The notes: generated by a model not told the origin, from the letters alone. A DNA stretch of 64,000 bases from Bacteroidia bacterium (GCA_021740845.1 JAIOYZ010000005.1:3693-67692), one strand, 5' to 3'. Shown: positions 18,579 to 29,797, counted from the stretch's first letter. Made by a program: numbers and translations.

Positions 18579-21479
18579 ATGAGCAAAGATTACAACCACC
18601 AAGAAATTGAAACCAGATGGCAAAAATATTGGTCAGATAACAAAATATATGAGGTAACGGAAAACCCTAATCTCCCTAAATATTATGTTTTAGACATGTT
18701 TCCTTACCCTAGTGGTGCAGGTTTACACGTTGGCCATCCGTTAGGTTATATAGCGAGTGACATCTATAGCAGGTACAAAAGGTTGAAAGGATTTAATGTG
18801 CTTCATCCAATGGGTTATGATGCATTTGGTTTGCCTGCAGAACAATATGCCATTCAAACGGGTCAGCATCCTTCTATTACCACCGAGCAAAACATTAAAA
18901 GGTATAGGGAGCAAATGGATAAAATTGGCTTCAGCTACGATTGGAGCAGAGAAGTTAGAACCTCCGATCCAGATTATTATAAATGGACACAATGGATTTT
19001 CTTACAACTATTCAACAGTTGGTTCAACCCGATAAGCCAAAAAGCAGAGCCAATTAGTACACTTGTAACTTTGTTTGAAACCGAAGGATTTAAAGGAAGC
19101 GATGATAGTATTTTAACAGGTGGTATTGAGTTTGACTATCCAGCTTTTACTGCTGAACAATGGAAGAAATTTGGAGAAGTAAACCAACAAAAAATAATCC
19201 TTGGATTTCGTTTGGCTTATTTAAGTGAAGCTTATGTTAATTGGTGTCCTGCCATGGGAACAGTGCTGAGTAACGATGAGGTGAAAGATGGTGTAAGTGA
19301 ACGTGGTGGTTATCCAGTTGAGCGCAAATTAATGAACCAGTGGAGTTTGCGAATTACGGCATATGCAAATAGGCTATTAACTGATTTAGACGAATTAGAT
19401 TGGACAGAAAGTTTAAAAGAATCGCAAAGAAATTGGATTGGAAAATCTCAAGGCGCAAGTGTTTTATTTAAAGTTCAAGACCAAAAATTTGATATAGAAG
19501 TTTTTACTACACGCCCAGATACTATTTTTGGAGTAAGCTTTTTAGCTATTGCCCCTGAGCACGAAATGCTTGACCAATTAGTTACACCTGAAAGACAATT
19601 TGAGGTAATGGACTATGTTGAGGCAAGTAAAAACAGAAGTGAACGCGAACGCCAATCTGATGTTAAACGTGTTAGCGGTGAGTTTACTGGTGCTTATGCA
19701 GTGCATCCTTTTACGGGTAAAGAAGTTCCAATTTGGGTAGCTGATTATGTTTTGGGTGGATACGGAACTGGTGCAGTAATGGGCGTTCCGGCGCATGATA
19801 GCAGAGATTTTGCATTTGCCAAATTCTTTAACCTAGCCATTTTACCAGTTATTGAAAATGGTCACGAACATAATTTCAATGAAAGCTCTTTTGATGCCAA
19901 AGAAGGAAATTGCATCAACTCTGGTTTCTTAAATGGAATGGGAGTAAAAAAGGCCATGAAAAAGGCCATTGAAGAAATTGAATTACGCAAATGTGGTAAA
20001 GGGAAAACCAATTTTAGATTGAGAGATGCCATATTTGGTAGACAAAGGTATTGGGGCGAACCCATTCCAATTTATTATAAAGACGGCATTCCTTATGGTG
20101 TGGAAGAATCAGATTTGCCTGTCATTTTGCCTAAAATAGACACCTTTTTACCAACTGAAAGTGGCGAACCTCCTTTGGGTAGAGCTGAGAATTGGCTATA
20201 TAAAAACGAGTATCCTTATGAACTTTCTACAATGCCAGGTTGGGCAGGTAGTAGTTGGTATTTCTTACGCTATATGAACCCAAACAATACCAAGGAAATG
20301 GTTAGTAAGGATGCGGTGAATTATTGGCAACAAGTAGATTTGTATTTAGGTGGAAGCGAACACGCAACTGGCCATTTACTTTATGTTCGTTTTTGGACTA
20401 AATTCTTGTTCGATTTAGGTTTGATCCCATGCAATGAACCTGCAAAAAAATTGATCAACCAAGGAATGATTCAAGGTAGAAGCAATTTTGTATTTAGGGT
20501 GGATTGCTTTAGAAAAGATATAAAAGAACTGAGCTTTTATGCTTCAAAAGGCTTTATTGATGAAAATGAAAAAATTAAAAACATCCCACAATTATTTGAA
20601 AATTTCAACCAACAAAACAACTTAAAAGTAGGCTTTGATTTTACTAAAATAAATGTGGTAAAATTAAATGTAGATGTAAATTTAGTAGAAAACGATGTAT
20701 TAAATACCGAGGCATATAAGCAGTGGAGAGAAGATTTTGCAGATGCTTTATTTGTGCTAGAAGATGGAAAATATTATTGCACATGGGAAGTTGAGAAAAT
20801 GTCTAAATCGAAATGGAATGTTGTAACTCCGGATTTTATTATAGAACAATATGGCGCAGATACTCTACGCTTATATGAAATGTTTTTAGGTCCTTTAGAA
20901 CAAAGCAAACCATGGAATACCCAAGGTATTGAGGGAGTTCAGCGTTTCCTTAAAAAACTATGGCGCTTGTTTTTTGATGCCAATGGACAACTTCAAGTAA
21001 TTAGGTCTGAACCAAGCAAACAAGAGTACAAAGCCTTGCATAAAACCATTAAGAAAGTTGCCGAAGATATTGAGAATTTTTCTTTCAATACTTCTGTAAG
21101 CACCTTTATGATTTGTGTAAATGAGTTGACAGAATTGAAGTGTAAAAATCATGAAATTCTTAAAAACTTATTGGTTACACTTTCTCCATACGCTCCACAT
21201 ATTAGTGAGGAACTTTGGAATATATTAGGCGAAACAGAAAGTATCACCAAAGCAAGTTTCCCAGCCTTTGTACTAGAGTATTTAATCGAAGATTCATTCT
21301 CCTATCCTATTTCAATCAATGGAAAACATAGAACCAATATCGAATTTTCTTTAGATGAGTCGGTTCAAACCATTGAAGAAACGGTATTAAAAAATGAGTT
21401 AATAGTAAAGTGGTTGGAAGGGAAAACACCTAAGAAAGTGGTATTTGTAAAAGGTAAAATCGTGAATTTGGTGGTATAG
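18579..21479 (+). CDS. leuS: leucyl-tRNA synthetase
   Basis: HIGH-class motif HVGHPLGY and KMSKS motif. Length is 966 aa. Confidence 0.95.
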   Translation: MSKDYNHQEIETRWQKYWSDNKIYEVTENPNLPKYYVLDMFPYPSGAGLHVGHPLGYIASDIYSRYKRLKGFNVLHPMGYDAFGLPAEQYAIQTGQHPSITTEQNIKRYREQMDKIGFSYDWSREVRTSDPDYYKWTQWIFLQLFNSWFNPISQKAEPISTLVTLFETEGFKGSDDSILTGGIEFDYPAFTAEQWKKFGEVNQQKIILGFRLAYLSEAYVNWCPAMGTVLSNDEVKDGVSERGGYPVERKLMNQWSLRITAYANRLLTDLDELDWTESLKESQRNWIGKSQGASVLFKVQDQKFDIEVFTTRPDTIFGVSFLAIAPEHEMLDQLVTPERQFEVMDYVEASKNRSERERQSDVKRVSGEFTGAYAVHPFTGKEVPIWVADYVLGGYGTGAVMGVPAHDSRDFAFAKFFNLAILPVIENGHEHNFNESSFDAKEGNCINSGFLNGMGVKKAMKKAIEEIELRKCGKGKTNFRLRDAIFGRQRYWGEPIPIYYKDGIPYGVEESDLPVILPKIDTFLPTESGEPPLGRAENWLYKNEYPYELSTMPGWAGSSWYFLRYMNPNNTKEMVSKDAVNYWQQVDLYLGGSEHATGHLLYVRFWTKFLFDLGLIPCNEPAKKLINQGMIQGRSNFVFRVDCFRKDIKELSFYASKGFIDENEKIKNIPQLFENFNQQNNLKVGFDFTKINVVKLNVDVNLVENDVLNTEAYKQWREDFADALFVLEDGKYYCTWEVEKMSKSKWNVVTPDFIIEQYGADTLRLYEMFLGPLEQSKPWNTQGIEGVQRFLKKLWRLFFDANGQLQVIRSEPSKQEYKALHKTIKKVAEDIENFSFNTSVSTFMICVNELTELKCKNHEILKNLLVTLSPYAPHISEELWNILGETESITKASFPAFVLEYLIEDSFSYPISINGKHRTNIEFSLDESVQTIEETVLKNELIVKWLEGKTPKKVVFVKGKIVNLVV

Positions 21480-21512
21480 AAAAATTATAATATTTCTTAA
21501 AACAAACTAGTT

Positions 21513-22601
21513 ATGAAAGAGAAATCAGTTTCCCAACAAACCGTAGATATTGCTTTAAGGTTATCCTTGCTTTTTGGGTTATTGTATTGGTGCTTTTTAA
21601 TTCTTTCTCCTTTTCTCATGCCTGTTATTTGGGCCTTAATTATTGCAGTAGCGGCAAATCCTTTACAAATATTTTTAGAAACTAAATTTAGGTTCAAACC
21701 GAGTTTGGCTGCTACCCTAATTGTAGTTTCTTTGCTTTCTATTATTTTGGTTCCTGCCATTTTATTTTTCTCCTCAGCTACACAAGTTATTATTCAATGG
21801 AATAAGCAATTTACTGCTGGCACTTTTACCATGCCAGAAGTGCCTGCCTTTATTGAAAAATGGCCTCTTATTGGTGATAAGCTTCATGAATTTCTTGATA
21901 ATTTTAATAGCAATGTGGAAGCCTTGCTTATTAAATATCAATCACAAATTATTGATATAGCTCAAAGAATTCTTAAAACAATTTTAGGTACTGGTTTGGG
22001 AGTTTTGGAGGTTATATTATCCATTGTTCTTTCTGGAATTTTCCTAGCAATTGGTGATCGTAAAAAGTTTTCAGGACAATTAATGGATCGTATTATCGGT
22101 TCTGGAGGGCATGGTTATGTTGATTTATCTGTTCAAACCATTCGCAGTGTGGTTAAAGGAGTTTTAGGTGTTGCTGTTATTCAAACTTTATTGGCTGGCA
22201 TAGGTTTTTATTTAGCGGGCATCCCCAATGCTCCAATTTGGACATTAATATGTTTAATTTTAGCTATTGTTCAGGTTGGTCCAGGCTTGGTAATAATTGG
22301 TTGTCTATTTTATTTATTCGATGCCGAATCTACTTTGTTTGCATCTTTGTGGACAGCCTATTTTGTTGGTGTTTTATTGTCGGATAATATTCTACGACCA
22401 TTTTTATTAGGCAAAGGAGCTTCGGTTCCAATGGTTGTAATTTTCTTAGGAGTAATTGGAGGCTTTATGCTTTCTGGTTTTATTGGTTTGTTTATTGGCG
22501 CCATCATCCTTTCTATGGGATATAAAATGTTCCTATTTTGGATGGAAAACGATGGAAAAGTTTTATTTAATTCTGAGGAAACCAATTCCCATTCCGAATA
22601 A
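21513..22601 (+). CDS. AI-2E family transporter (UPF0118)
   Basis: Eight-TM profile. Length is 362 aa. Confidence 0.75.
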   Translation: MKEKSVSQQTVDIALRLSLLFGLLYWCFLILSPFLMPVIWALIIAVAANPLQIFLETKFRFKPSLAATLIVVSLLSIILVPAILFFSSATQVIIQWNKQFTAGTFTMPEVPAFIEKWPLIGDKLHEFLDNFNSNVEALLIKYQSQIIDIAQRILKTILGTGLGVLEVILSIVLSGIFLAIGDRKKFSGQLMDRIIGSGGHGYVDLSVQTIRSVVKGVLGVAVIQTLLAGIGFYLAGIPNAPIWTLICLILAIVQVGPGLVIIGCLFYLFDAESTLFASLWTAYFVGVLLSDNILRPFLLGKGASVPMVVIFLGVIGGFMLSGFIGLFIGAIILSMGYKMFLFWMENDGKVLFNSEETNSHSE

Positions 22602-25600
22602 CTAAAACAAATATCTTGCTTCCATTTTCCCTGTATGTATAACCGGTATTGTACCAGATTTCCGGCCATCGTAACTAATATTAATTTGCAAGTTTTGACC
22701 AAACCTTTGTTGCAAACCAACACTCCACAATTGGTTATTACCTAAGCTCAATCCTTGCAACATATCATAAGCTAAAGGACTATTTGTGCTTCCCGTAAAT
22801 GCAACTTTATACAAACTATATTTAACAGTTAATACCCCAATTTTTGCAAAGGAATATCTCAGCTCCGCGCCCATTTCATTTACCTCACTTTTCTCCCCTC
22901 CTTTTTCTATTTGGTTTACAGATTTTGAATATGTATAATTTAAGCTTATCCTAAATTGTTGTTGCCATTGAAAATTCACTTTCGGCTTAATTTCCTCAAA
23001 TTGATATTGGTAATTATTTTGACTAAAAAACTCCGAATTAAATTGTCTTAGTCCCCAAGCATATGCCCCATTGATAGTCCAATTGGCATTTATATTTACT
23101 CTTCCACCAAGGGCATTTTCCATTCTATTTCTACTTTCAAATCCATTGGTTTGCAAGTTCTTTGTTTCTTGTTTATTCCATGCCCAATCCAAACCCCAAT
23201 ACGGATTATTCCGATTAAAAAACAAGGTATTTCTAATTGTAGAAGCCAGGTTAACTAAATTAGAATCTGGCACCGCAACCTGCAAAAGATTTCTCCAATC
23301 TTGTCCTGTTCCAATCAATACTTTGCGTTCAAAACGTGCCGCCGCTTGGTCGCTAAATCTATATACAAAACCAAGTAATCCCGTTCTCTTGGGCGATTGA
23401 AAAGTATTGATGTTTAAGGTCTGACTAAATTGGGTATTATTCACCCTAATAAGACTCGTTGTAGGCAAATAAACTTTTATATAATTGGCTAAATTCCTAT
23501 CTGCAAAAGAGGCCAATTGAAACTCATTTAATTGTTGCTGCTCATCGCCATTAAAATCTTTCCAAACATAAGCGCCTTGACCAACCTGTACTTCCACATA
23601 TTGGTAATCTCGTCTTAATTCATTGCCAGAACCCAATTGCAAATAAGAGTTAGCAGTAATCAATCGTTTAAAAAAACCATAATCGTATTCTACCCTACTT
23701 AACAAAGTTTTTTCGGGCTTCAATTGCGCAAAATTGGTATCCAAAATTCTAAAATCTCTAAAAGAAATATCTACATTAAGTTTGTTGAAATTCTTTTGCA
23801 AATAACCAATACCAAACTTGGCTTCATTGGCTAAGGTATGTTCCTTAAATTCGTTGAATTGAGGTAAAAAGTCCCTCCTTAAATTGTAATTGGCAAACCA
23901 ACTAAAACGAGTGGTATCGCTACTTTTTATAAAAAAACCAATTTGTTCATAAGCAAAACTACCATTTAATAAACTGTCTTTTGCACTCTTAAAACTGCTC
24001 CTCTCGGCTTTTAAAGTGGTTCCGGTTTGAACCAACCTAAATAAACGAGTATAAGTAAGTTGAAAATTTTGAGACAAATTTGAACCTATTGAAACTTTAG
24101 AAAGATCCTTATCATTTCCATTAATCCACTCAAAACTTCCTAAAAGTCTGTTCTTAGAATCATATAGGTTTGAACCCAATTGATGTCGTAAACCAGAAAA
24201 GCCACCATCACCTCGATTATAATAAGAGAATTGATAATCCACTTGTCCATTCTTTGGCGTTTTATAGGCTAAAATCCAATTTAAGAGATGCTCTTTGTTA
24301 CCAGAATCAGATGCTATTTGATTGTTCAATTGCCTATTCCAAATCCTGTTAAACTCTACATTCCTATACCGTTCTATATACCTAAAATTTTCATCAGTAA
24401 ATTCATAAGACACTTTACTTTCTAATTTGCTGTTTGAACCAAAGGCCTGAAAGGTATTTGTAGAGTTAACCTTCAAAGCATAACCTGCATCGTTGCTTTT
24501 TCCTAAATCACTGTAAAGGTTTTTATCATTTATACTTCTTGCCCCCTCCACATTTAATTGGTGATTCTTATTAAATTTATATTCCGTTCCAAGGTTAAGC
24601 ATTTGTCTCTGGTTAGGAGCAATTAGCTGAATATAGGGTTCAAAATCTCCTTGAGGAATTCCATTGATTGGTTCAACCCAATTAAAAACTCTACCATTGG
24701 TGCTACTTGCTCCTTGAACGTAATTACCTTTTTGAGTTCCAACAAATGAAAACCGAAGTTCATAAAACACAGTGGCAGAATTTGGGTCGGTAGTATGAAA
24801 ATAAACATTAGAATAACCAAGAGTATCTATTTTCCTGTACAGAATTTTCTTTGGGTCGTAAGGTGAAACTGGCACTTCACTGCTCACTTTGGCATTTTGC
24901 AAATCATCTCCAACCTGCGATAATAGTAGTTTATTGCTATCAGTTAAACTTTGTTGGAAAGGCTGGTTTTTATTATCTTGTTCGGTATAGTAATTTAAAT
25001 AAACCTTTCCCTTACCAATGTCCCACTTGGTGTTTAAGGCAAATAAGGTTCTGGCAAAATTTCTATCTGAATACTGAAACTCAATAATAATACGCGAATA
25101 TTGGGTAATTAACCTTTTAGGCATAAACACAATTTCTCCTGAATTATAATCAATGGTATAGTCATTTTGCTCTCCACGTGTTAGCCTTTCACCATCTAAA
25201 TACACGGCTTCCGTTCCAGAAATAATAATGATAAAAACTTCTCCATTTGGGCCAACCAAACGGTAAGGACCTTGATTTCCTTCTAAGCCATTGATAACAT
25301 TTCTTACAAAGCGGCCTCTTGCCAAAGCTGCTTGTGCCCCAACTTCCAAATGTTGTTTGTTCTTTAAATCAAAATTGGTTTGCGCCGAAAGTCCTCTTGA
25401 TTTTTTATAATAATTAAGAAAATAAGAATCTTGAGGTTTGGTCATTAAATAATCACCAACAACCAATTTGTTTTTGTTTTTGCTAAACTGAACAAACACC
25501 TGGTCAAAGTCTTGCAATTCTTGGGTATTACCTTCTGGTTGAATTGGATTATTCTCATCGCTAATGGCTGCCAAAATATCTACATCGTTGTTTATTTTTC

Positions 25601-26084
25601 CAGCCAATTGTAGGTTTAAATTGGCATTAACAATTGCATTCTGACTATTACCAATACTTAATCCCCGCATAATGCTTCCATTGGTTACCAGACCTTCATT
25701 TTTAAGAATTGGATCAAACCCACCTTTTTCATTTTGAATACTAAATGGATTTACTGTTTGGTTAAATTCTGGGAGGATTATTTTGGTATCTTTGTGTTGG
25801 TATTTTTCTTTAAATGGATACCGAATGGGAGTATAAGTAAGAGTAATTAGACTATTTTTAGGAATCTTAATATTGATAAAGGCACCATAAAAATAATTGA
25901 TTCTATAATCAATACCTTCAACATAATTATCTACTAAAACGCTCCCTTTAATAATTACAGAACTATCTAATTGAAAGGAATCTTGTTGTATTAGAATACT
26001 TCTTTTGTAGGTAATATCAGAGGTTTGGGCTTGAACCAAACCCAAATTTAGCAGGAAAAGAAGTAGTATAAATCTCCACCTCAT
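22602..26084 (-). CDS. large outer-membrane beta-barrel-like protein (1160 aa), function unknown
   Basis: Signal peptide MRWRFILLLFLLNLGLVQAQ. Composition rich in Tyr, Asn and aromatics. C-terminal ...EARYLF. The ATG overlaps the TGA of the upstream histidine kinase. Confidence 0.4.
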   Translation of the reverse strand: MRWRFILLLFLLNLGLVQAQTSDITYKRSILIQQDSFQLDSSVIIKGSVLVDNYVEGIDYRINYFYGAFINIKIPKNSLITLTYTPIRYPFKEKYQHKDTKIILPEFNQTVNPFSIQNEKGGFDPILKNEGLVTNGSIMRGLSIGNSQNAIVNANLNLQLAGKINNDVDILAAISDENNPIQPEGNTQELQDFDQVFVQFSKNKNKLVVGDYLMTKPQDSYFLNYYKKSRGLSAQTNFDLKNKQHLEVGAQAALARGRFVRNVINGLEGNQGPYRLVGPNGEVFIIIISGTEAVYLDGERLTRGEQNDYTIDYNSGEIVFMPKRLITQYSRIIIEFQYSDRNFARTLFALNTKWDIGKGKVYLNYYTEQDNKNQPFQQSLTDSNKLLLSQVGDDLQNAKVSSEVPVSPYDPKKILYRKIDTLGYSNVYFHTTDPNSATVFYELRFSFVGTQKGNYVQGASSTNGRVFNWVEPINGIPQGDFEPYIQLIAPNQRQMLNLGTEYKFNKNHQLNVEGARSINDKNLYSDLGKSNDAGYALKVNSTNTFQAFGSNSKLESKVSYEFTDENFRYIERYRNVEFNRIWNRQLNNQIASDSGNKEHLLNWILAYKTPKNGQVDYQFSYYNRGDGGFSGLRHQLGSNLYDSKNRLLGSFEWINGNDKDLSKVSIGSNLSQNFQLTYTRLFRLVQTGTTLKAERSSFKSAKDSLLNGSFAYEQIGFFIKSSDTTRFSWFANYNLRRDFLPQFNEFKEHTLANEAKFGIGYLQKNFNKLNVDISFRDFRILDTNFAQLKPEKTLLSRVEYDYGFFKRLITANSYLQLGSGNELRRDYQYVEVQVGQGAYVWKDFNGDEQQQLNEFQLASFADRNLANYIKVYLPTTSLIRVNNTQFSQTLNINTFQSPKRTGLLGFVYRFSDQAAARFERKVLIGTGQDWRNLLQVAVPDSNLVNLASTIRNTLFFNRNNPYWGLDWAWNKQETKNLQTNGFESRNRMENALGGRVNINANWTINGAYAWGLRQFNSEFFSQNNYQYQFEEIKPKVNFQWQQQFRISLNYTYSKSVNQIEKGGEKSEVNEMGAELRYSFAKIGVLTVKYSLYKVAFTGSTNSPLAYDMLQGLSLGNNQLWSVGLQQRFGQNLQINISYDGRKSGTIPVIHTGKMEARYLF

Positions 26085-29000
26085 TCTGCTTTTTTTAGTG
26101 GTAGTCTTATTTTAAATATTGTTCCAGTACCCCACTTCGTTTCAAACCAAATACTTCCTCCTCCACTTTCTATCATACTTTTTACAATGGGTAAGCCCAA
26201 TCCCATTCCAATTACTTTGGTACTAAAATAAGGCATGAATACCTTTTCTTTTTGTTCCTCCGAAATTCCAGTTCCATTGTCTTGTACCTCAATTTGCATC
26301 CAATCCTCATCCACATTTACCCTAATATTTATGAGGCCTTCGTTATCTTCGGGTATTGCCTGGGTGGCATTTTTAACTAGATTGGTTAAGGTTCTATTTA
26401 AATAACTTGCATCATACCAAAGTAATAACTCTTGTTGGCAGTCTACTTCAATTTTGCCATCAAAGGTTTGGAGTTGAAGATGTACTATTTGATCCAATAA
26501 ATTATAAACATCAATGTTTTCGTAACGAGGCGCTGGCATTTTAGCGAAACTACTAAACTCAGTTGCCAAATCACTTAAGGTATCAATTTGTGTAATAAGT
26601 GTTTTTGTAACTCTAGCAAATGTTTCTGGCAGTTTTGGCGATTGGTCGTTCCATGCTCTTTCCAAATGTTGAACACTTAATTTCATTGGAGTAAGAGGAT
26701 TTTTTATTTCATGTGCAATTTGCCTAGCAATATCTCGCCATGCCCCTTCCCTTTCGCTCTTTGCCAATTTGCTCGCGCTTTCTTCTAATTGGTTCAACAT
26801 TAAATTGTATTCTTTAACCAACTCTCCAATTTCATCTTTACGGTTCCAAAGTATGGGTTCATTTTTCTTTTCAAAAGAGGTATTTGCCATTTGCTTTTGC
26901 AATAACATTAATGGGAAAGAAATATTGCGGGAAACTATCCAAGCCATTATTCCAATTACCAAAAACATCAATGCATATAAATTGATAAACCCAACGATGA
27001 TGGAGGAGATTTCGGTATACAAATCGGTGCTTTGGTAGAAATTTGGCAATTGAACATAACCCAATAAATTTCTATTCTTACCAAATACTGGAACATAAGC
27101 CCCTGTATATTGAAAGGTGGCTATTTGCTCTTGTTGCACATACTGTGATTCGCGTAAATTATTCAGATGGTAGAATGCAGTGGCATTCATTAAAGGAGCT
27201 AAAATCCCATCGTCGTATACTTTTTTGATGGTAGAGGCTATTAGCTCACCTTCTGGGTTAAAGAAGGTAATATCTGTATTGTAAAAATCAGCAATTTGGT
27301 TAATACTTGCCTCTGCATCAATTTGGTTATTGGCAAAATTTACCTCCTGACTTTCATTTTCAATTGCACTAAGAACATTTCTAATCTTTTTTACAAGCTT
27401 TTCATTTTGTTTTTCAAGATTTTGTTGGCTTATAAAATCAATTGTAAAATAGGCGGTTGAACCAAGTGTAACAAAAACAATTAACACAATGCCCAATTGA
27501 ATTCTGGTTCTAATAAGCGAAAGGTCGGTATCTTTTATGATTAAGAATTGATTGGCATGTTTTTGTACCCAAATCCAAATTTTATTTTCTTGCCATTTAA
27601 GTTGTTTGGTCCAACGGTTGTTGAAAATGAAATACAAGAAAATAAAGGCCAATAAAATGAGTGTAAAAAAGGTAAATGAAAGTGAAAACAGTCCAAATGG
27701 TTCGAACCAAGATGGAGCCTCTTTGCTTACAACCACAAACAATTGGTCACTTTCCTTAAATAATAAATGACTATAACCATCTTCCTCAAAAATGGCACTT
27801 TTATCATTAATATTATTCCAGGTAAAGGTGGTTCTATAAGCAAAATCTCCACTCTGACTTAATAACCTCCTATCTCTATAAATGGCATAGGAATAATTAT
27901 AATGCTTGTTGTAATTGGTTCTAAAACCTTCAATCAACAATTCATCAAATCGGTTTTCATCCTGTAAAAGCTTTGGTTGAAGATGAATAAAGAAAACGCC
28001 TAAAATTTCTCCATTTTCTTTTATTACAAACTTTCCCAAATACCCTTTGAGGTAGGCATTGTTTTTTAAGAATTTAAAATTTTGGTTTATGGTGGCCGAA
28101 CCAAGATTTTTATAAATATAATTTACTTGTTGATAGCTAAAAATATTACGAACCTGTTTGTGATTAAAGCTAGAATCAAAATCGTAAATTGAAATATCAT
28201 ATTTACCCAAATATCCCGAAAAATAAAGCTGCCTAAGTCGTTTCACCAGCTGGGATTTTAAACCAATTGGGTTCTTATAGTACGACCTAATAATATTTCC
28301 TTCAGCAATTTTCTTCTCAACATTCAAGAGAAAATATTCTGCATTTACATCGTTTTGAGAAACTCTTTTTGAGGCATATAAAAACCTGCTTTCTTCCTCT
28401 TCTTTTAAACTATAGTAATAAATGGTTAAGGATGCAAAAATGCTCAACAAAACCACTAAAACAAAATACTTTTGAAAGCGGTTCATTTTGTCTTGAACCC
28501 AATGTTTGTATGCAATAAAACTTAAAATAAGAAAGCTACTGGCGAAGGAATAATCAGCTTTGCGTTCAAAAAGAAATAATACGAGATATGGATGCAAAAA
28601 ATAAAATACCAAGCCTACCATGAAAAACTTTTCATAGAAACTTAAATCCCTCCTTTGCAATAATTGATAGAACCTTAAAACCATTTGGTAGCATACCAAT
28701 AAAAGCAGGAAGGCAAGTAACAATCCTAAAAAAGTATAAACATTGATATCGTAAATATTTTTAATATCAAATGAAATCTGAGAATCGAAAACCAAACTTT
28801 TAATGCTATCGAATGCTGCATCAGACAAGACAATTGTTAACCAAGACACAAAGCCCAATTGCAGAAATTGGATGGCTTTATTTTTGGGATAATGTGGTTT
28901 AACATCTTTTATTATTAATAAATACCAAAGAAGGGTTAAAGTAGCCACTAAAAAATCTCCTAAGGAAGGGTTATACAAAGAGCTTGCATAAATATCTGGG

Positions 29001-29797
29001 CTAAATAGTTTTTGGCTATATATAAATAGCGGAGTTTTGGAAGTAAGGAAAAGCCAACGAGCAATTTGAGTTAAAGAAAGAAAAGTGATGCTGGTAAGGT
29101 AAAAGTATTTCCCTATAAGATCTGAAATTACGAGGTGAAACAACCAAGCAGAAACTACCAAATTTACTAGAATTAACAAGCGCAACCACAGAGGTGTTAA
29201 TTTTGGAAATCCAAAAATTTGTATGGAGCAAACGTACTTTCCTTTTCTATCAAAAATATCGTGAAAGTCTTTAATGGGTGAAGGACTAAAAAGGGCTGAA
29301 CCAAGAAAAGACAAATCAGAATTGATATGGTTTTGTATGTATTGATTTTGAAAAAGGTAGTTAGTTTTTAATTGAAAAAAGATGGCAATTTTATACGACC
29401 CTTTCTGTAAAAAGGAAACCAAATAAGCGCCATTATTGGTATTGAGATAAAAAAAGCCATCCTTTAAGGCAGGTAAATATTTAATGGAATTTACCGTATT
29501 GTCTGTCCAAAGTATGAGTGAATCGTTTCTAAATAAATGAACAATAAAACTTTCGTTCTTGGCTTGATCCAAAAAATCTGTCCACTTTCTGGAAGCAACA
29601 GAAGTATCTTTAAGCAATTGGTAAATGAGGTCTTTACTTTCTGCTTCTTTATCAAAAAATACCTGTTGAATCCTCTCGTAATTGTTTTTTTCTTGCTGTG
29701 CAGTATTTTGTAAAATGGTAGCTTCCCAACCAATAAACGAGCTAAGAATAGCCAAACTAACGACTAACCAAATTAGATATTTAAGGGCTCGGTTCAA
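26081..29797 (-). CDS. 7TM-receptor type sensor histidine kinase (no receiver domain)
   Basis: N-terminal sensor domain, block of 7-8 TM helices, second extracytoplasmic domain. HisKA H-box HEIKNPLTPM and HATPase GMGLGLPIVK. Confidence 0.8.
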   Translation of the reverse strand: MNRALKYLIWLVVSLAILSSFIGWEATILQNTAQQEKNNYERIQQVFFDKEAESKDLIYQLLKDTSVASRKWTDFLDQAKNESFIVHLFRNDSLILWTDNTVNSIKYLPALKDGFFYLNTNNGAYLVSFLQKGSYKIAIFFQLKTNYLFQNQYIQNHINSDLSFLGSALFSPSPIKDFHDIFDRKGKYVCSIQIFGFPKLTPLWLRLLILVNLVVSAWLFHLVISDLIGKYFYLTSITFLSLTQIARWLFLTSKTPLFIYSQKLFSPDIYASSLYNPSLGDFLVATLTLLWYLLIIKDVKPHYPKNKAIQFLQLGFVSWLTIVLSDAAFDSIKSLVFDSQISFDIKNIYDINVYTFLGLLLAFLLLLVCYQMVLRFYQLLQRRDLSFYEKFFMVGLVFYFLHPYLVLFLFERKADYSFASSFLILSFIAYKHWVQDKMNRFQKYFVLVVLLSIFASLTIYYYSLKEEEESRFLYASKRVSQNDVNAEYFLLNVEKKIAEGNIIRSYYKNPIGLKSQLVKRLRQLYFSGYLGKYDISIYDFDSSFNHKQVRNIFSYQQVNYIYKNLGSATINQNFKFLKNNAYLKGYLGKFVIKENGEILGVFFIHLQPKLLQDENRFDELLIEGFRTNYNKHYNYSYAIYRDRRLLSQSGDFAYRTTFTWNNINDKSAIFEEDGYSHLLFKESDQLFVVVSKEAPSWFEPFGLFSLSFTFFTLILLAFIFLYFIFNNRWTKQLKWQENKIWIWVQKHANQFLIIKDTDLSLIRTRIQLGIVLIVFVTLGSTAYFTIDFISQQNLEKQNEKLVKKIRNVLSAIENESQEVNFANNQIDAEASINQIADFYNTDITFFNPEGELIASTIKKVYDDGILAPLMNATAFYHLNNLRESQYVQQEQIATFQYTGAYVPVFGKNRNLLGYVQLPNFYQSTDLYTEISSIIVGFINLYALMFLVIGIMAWIVSRNISFPLMLLQKQMANTSFEKKNEPILWNRKDEIGELVKEYNLMLNQLEESASKLAKSEREGAWRDIARQIAHEIKNPLTPMKLSVQHLERAWNDQSPKLPETFARVTKTLITQIDTLSDLATEFSSFAKMPAPRYENIDVYNLLDQIVHLQLQTFDGKIEVDCQQELLLWYDASYLNRTLTNLVKNATQAIPEDNEGLINIRVNVDEDWMQIEVQDNGTGISEEQKEKVFMPYFSTKVIGMGLGLPIVKSMIESGGGSIWFETKWGTGTIFKIRLPLKKAE

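Noticed and set aside
18741-20065. Several 60-83 aa ORFs on both strands inside leuS
   Set aside because: They are embedded in a confidently identified, continuous 966-aa LeuS reading frame.
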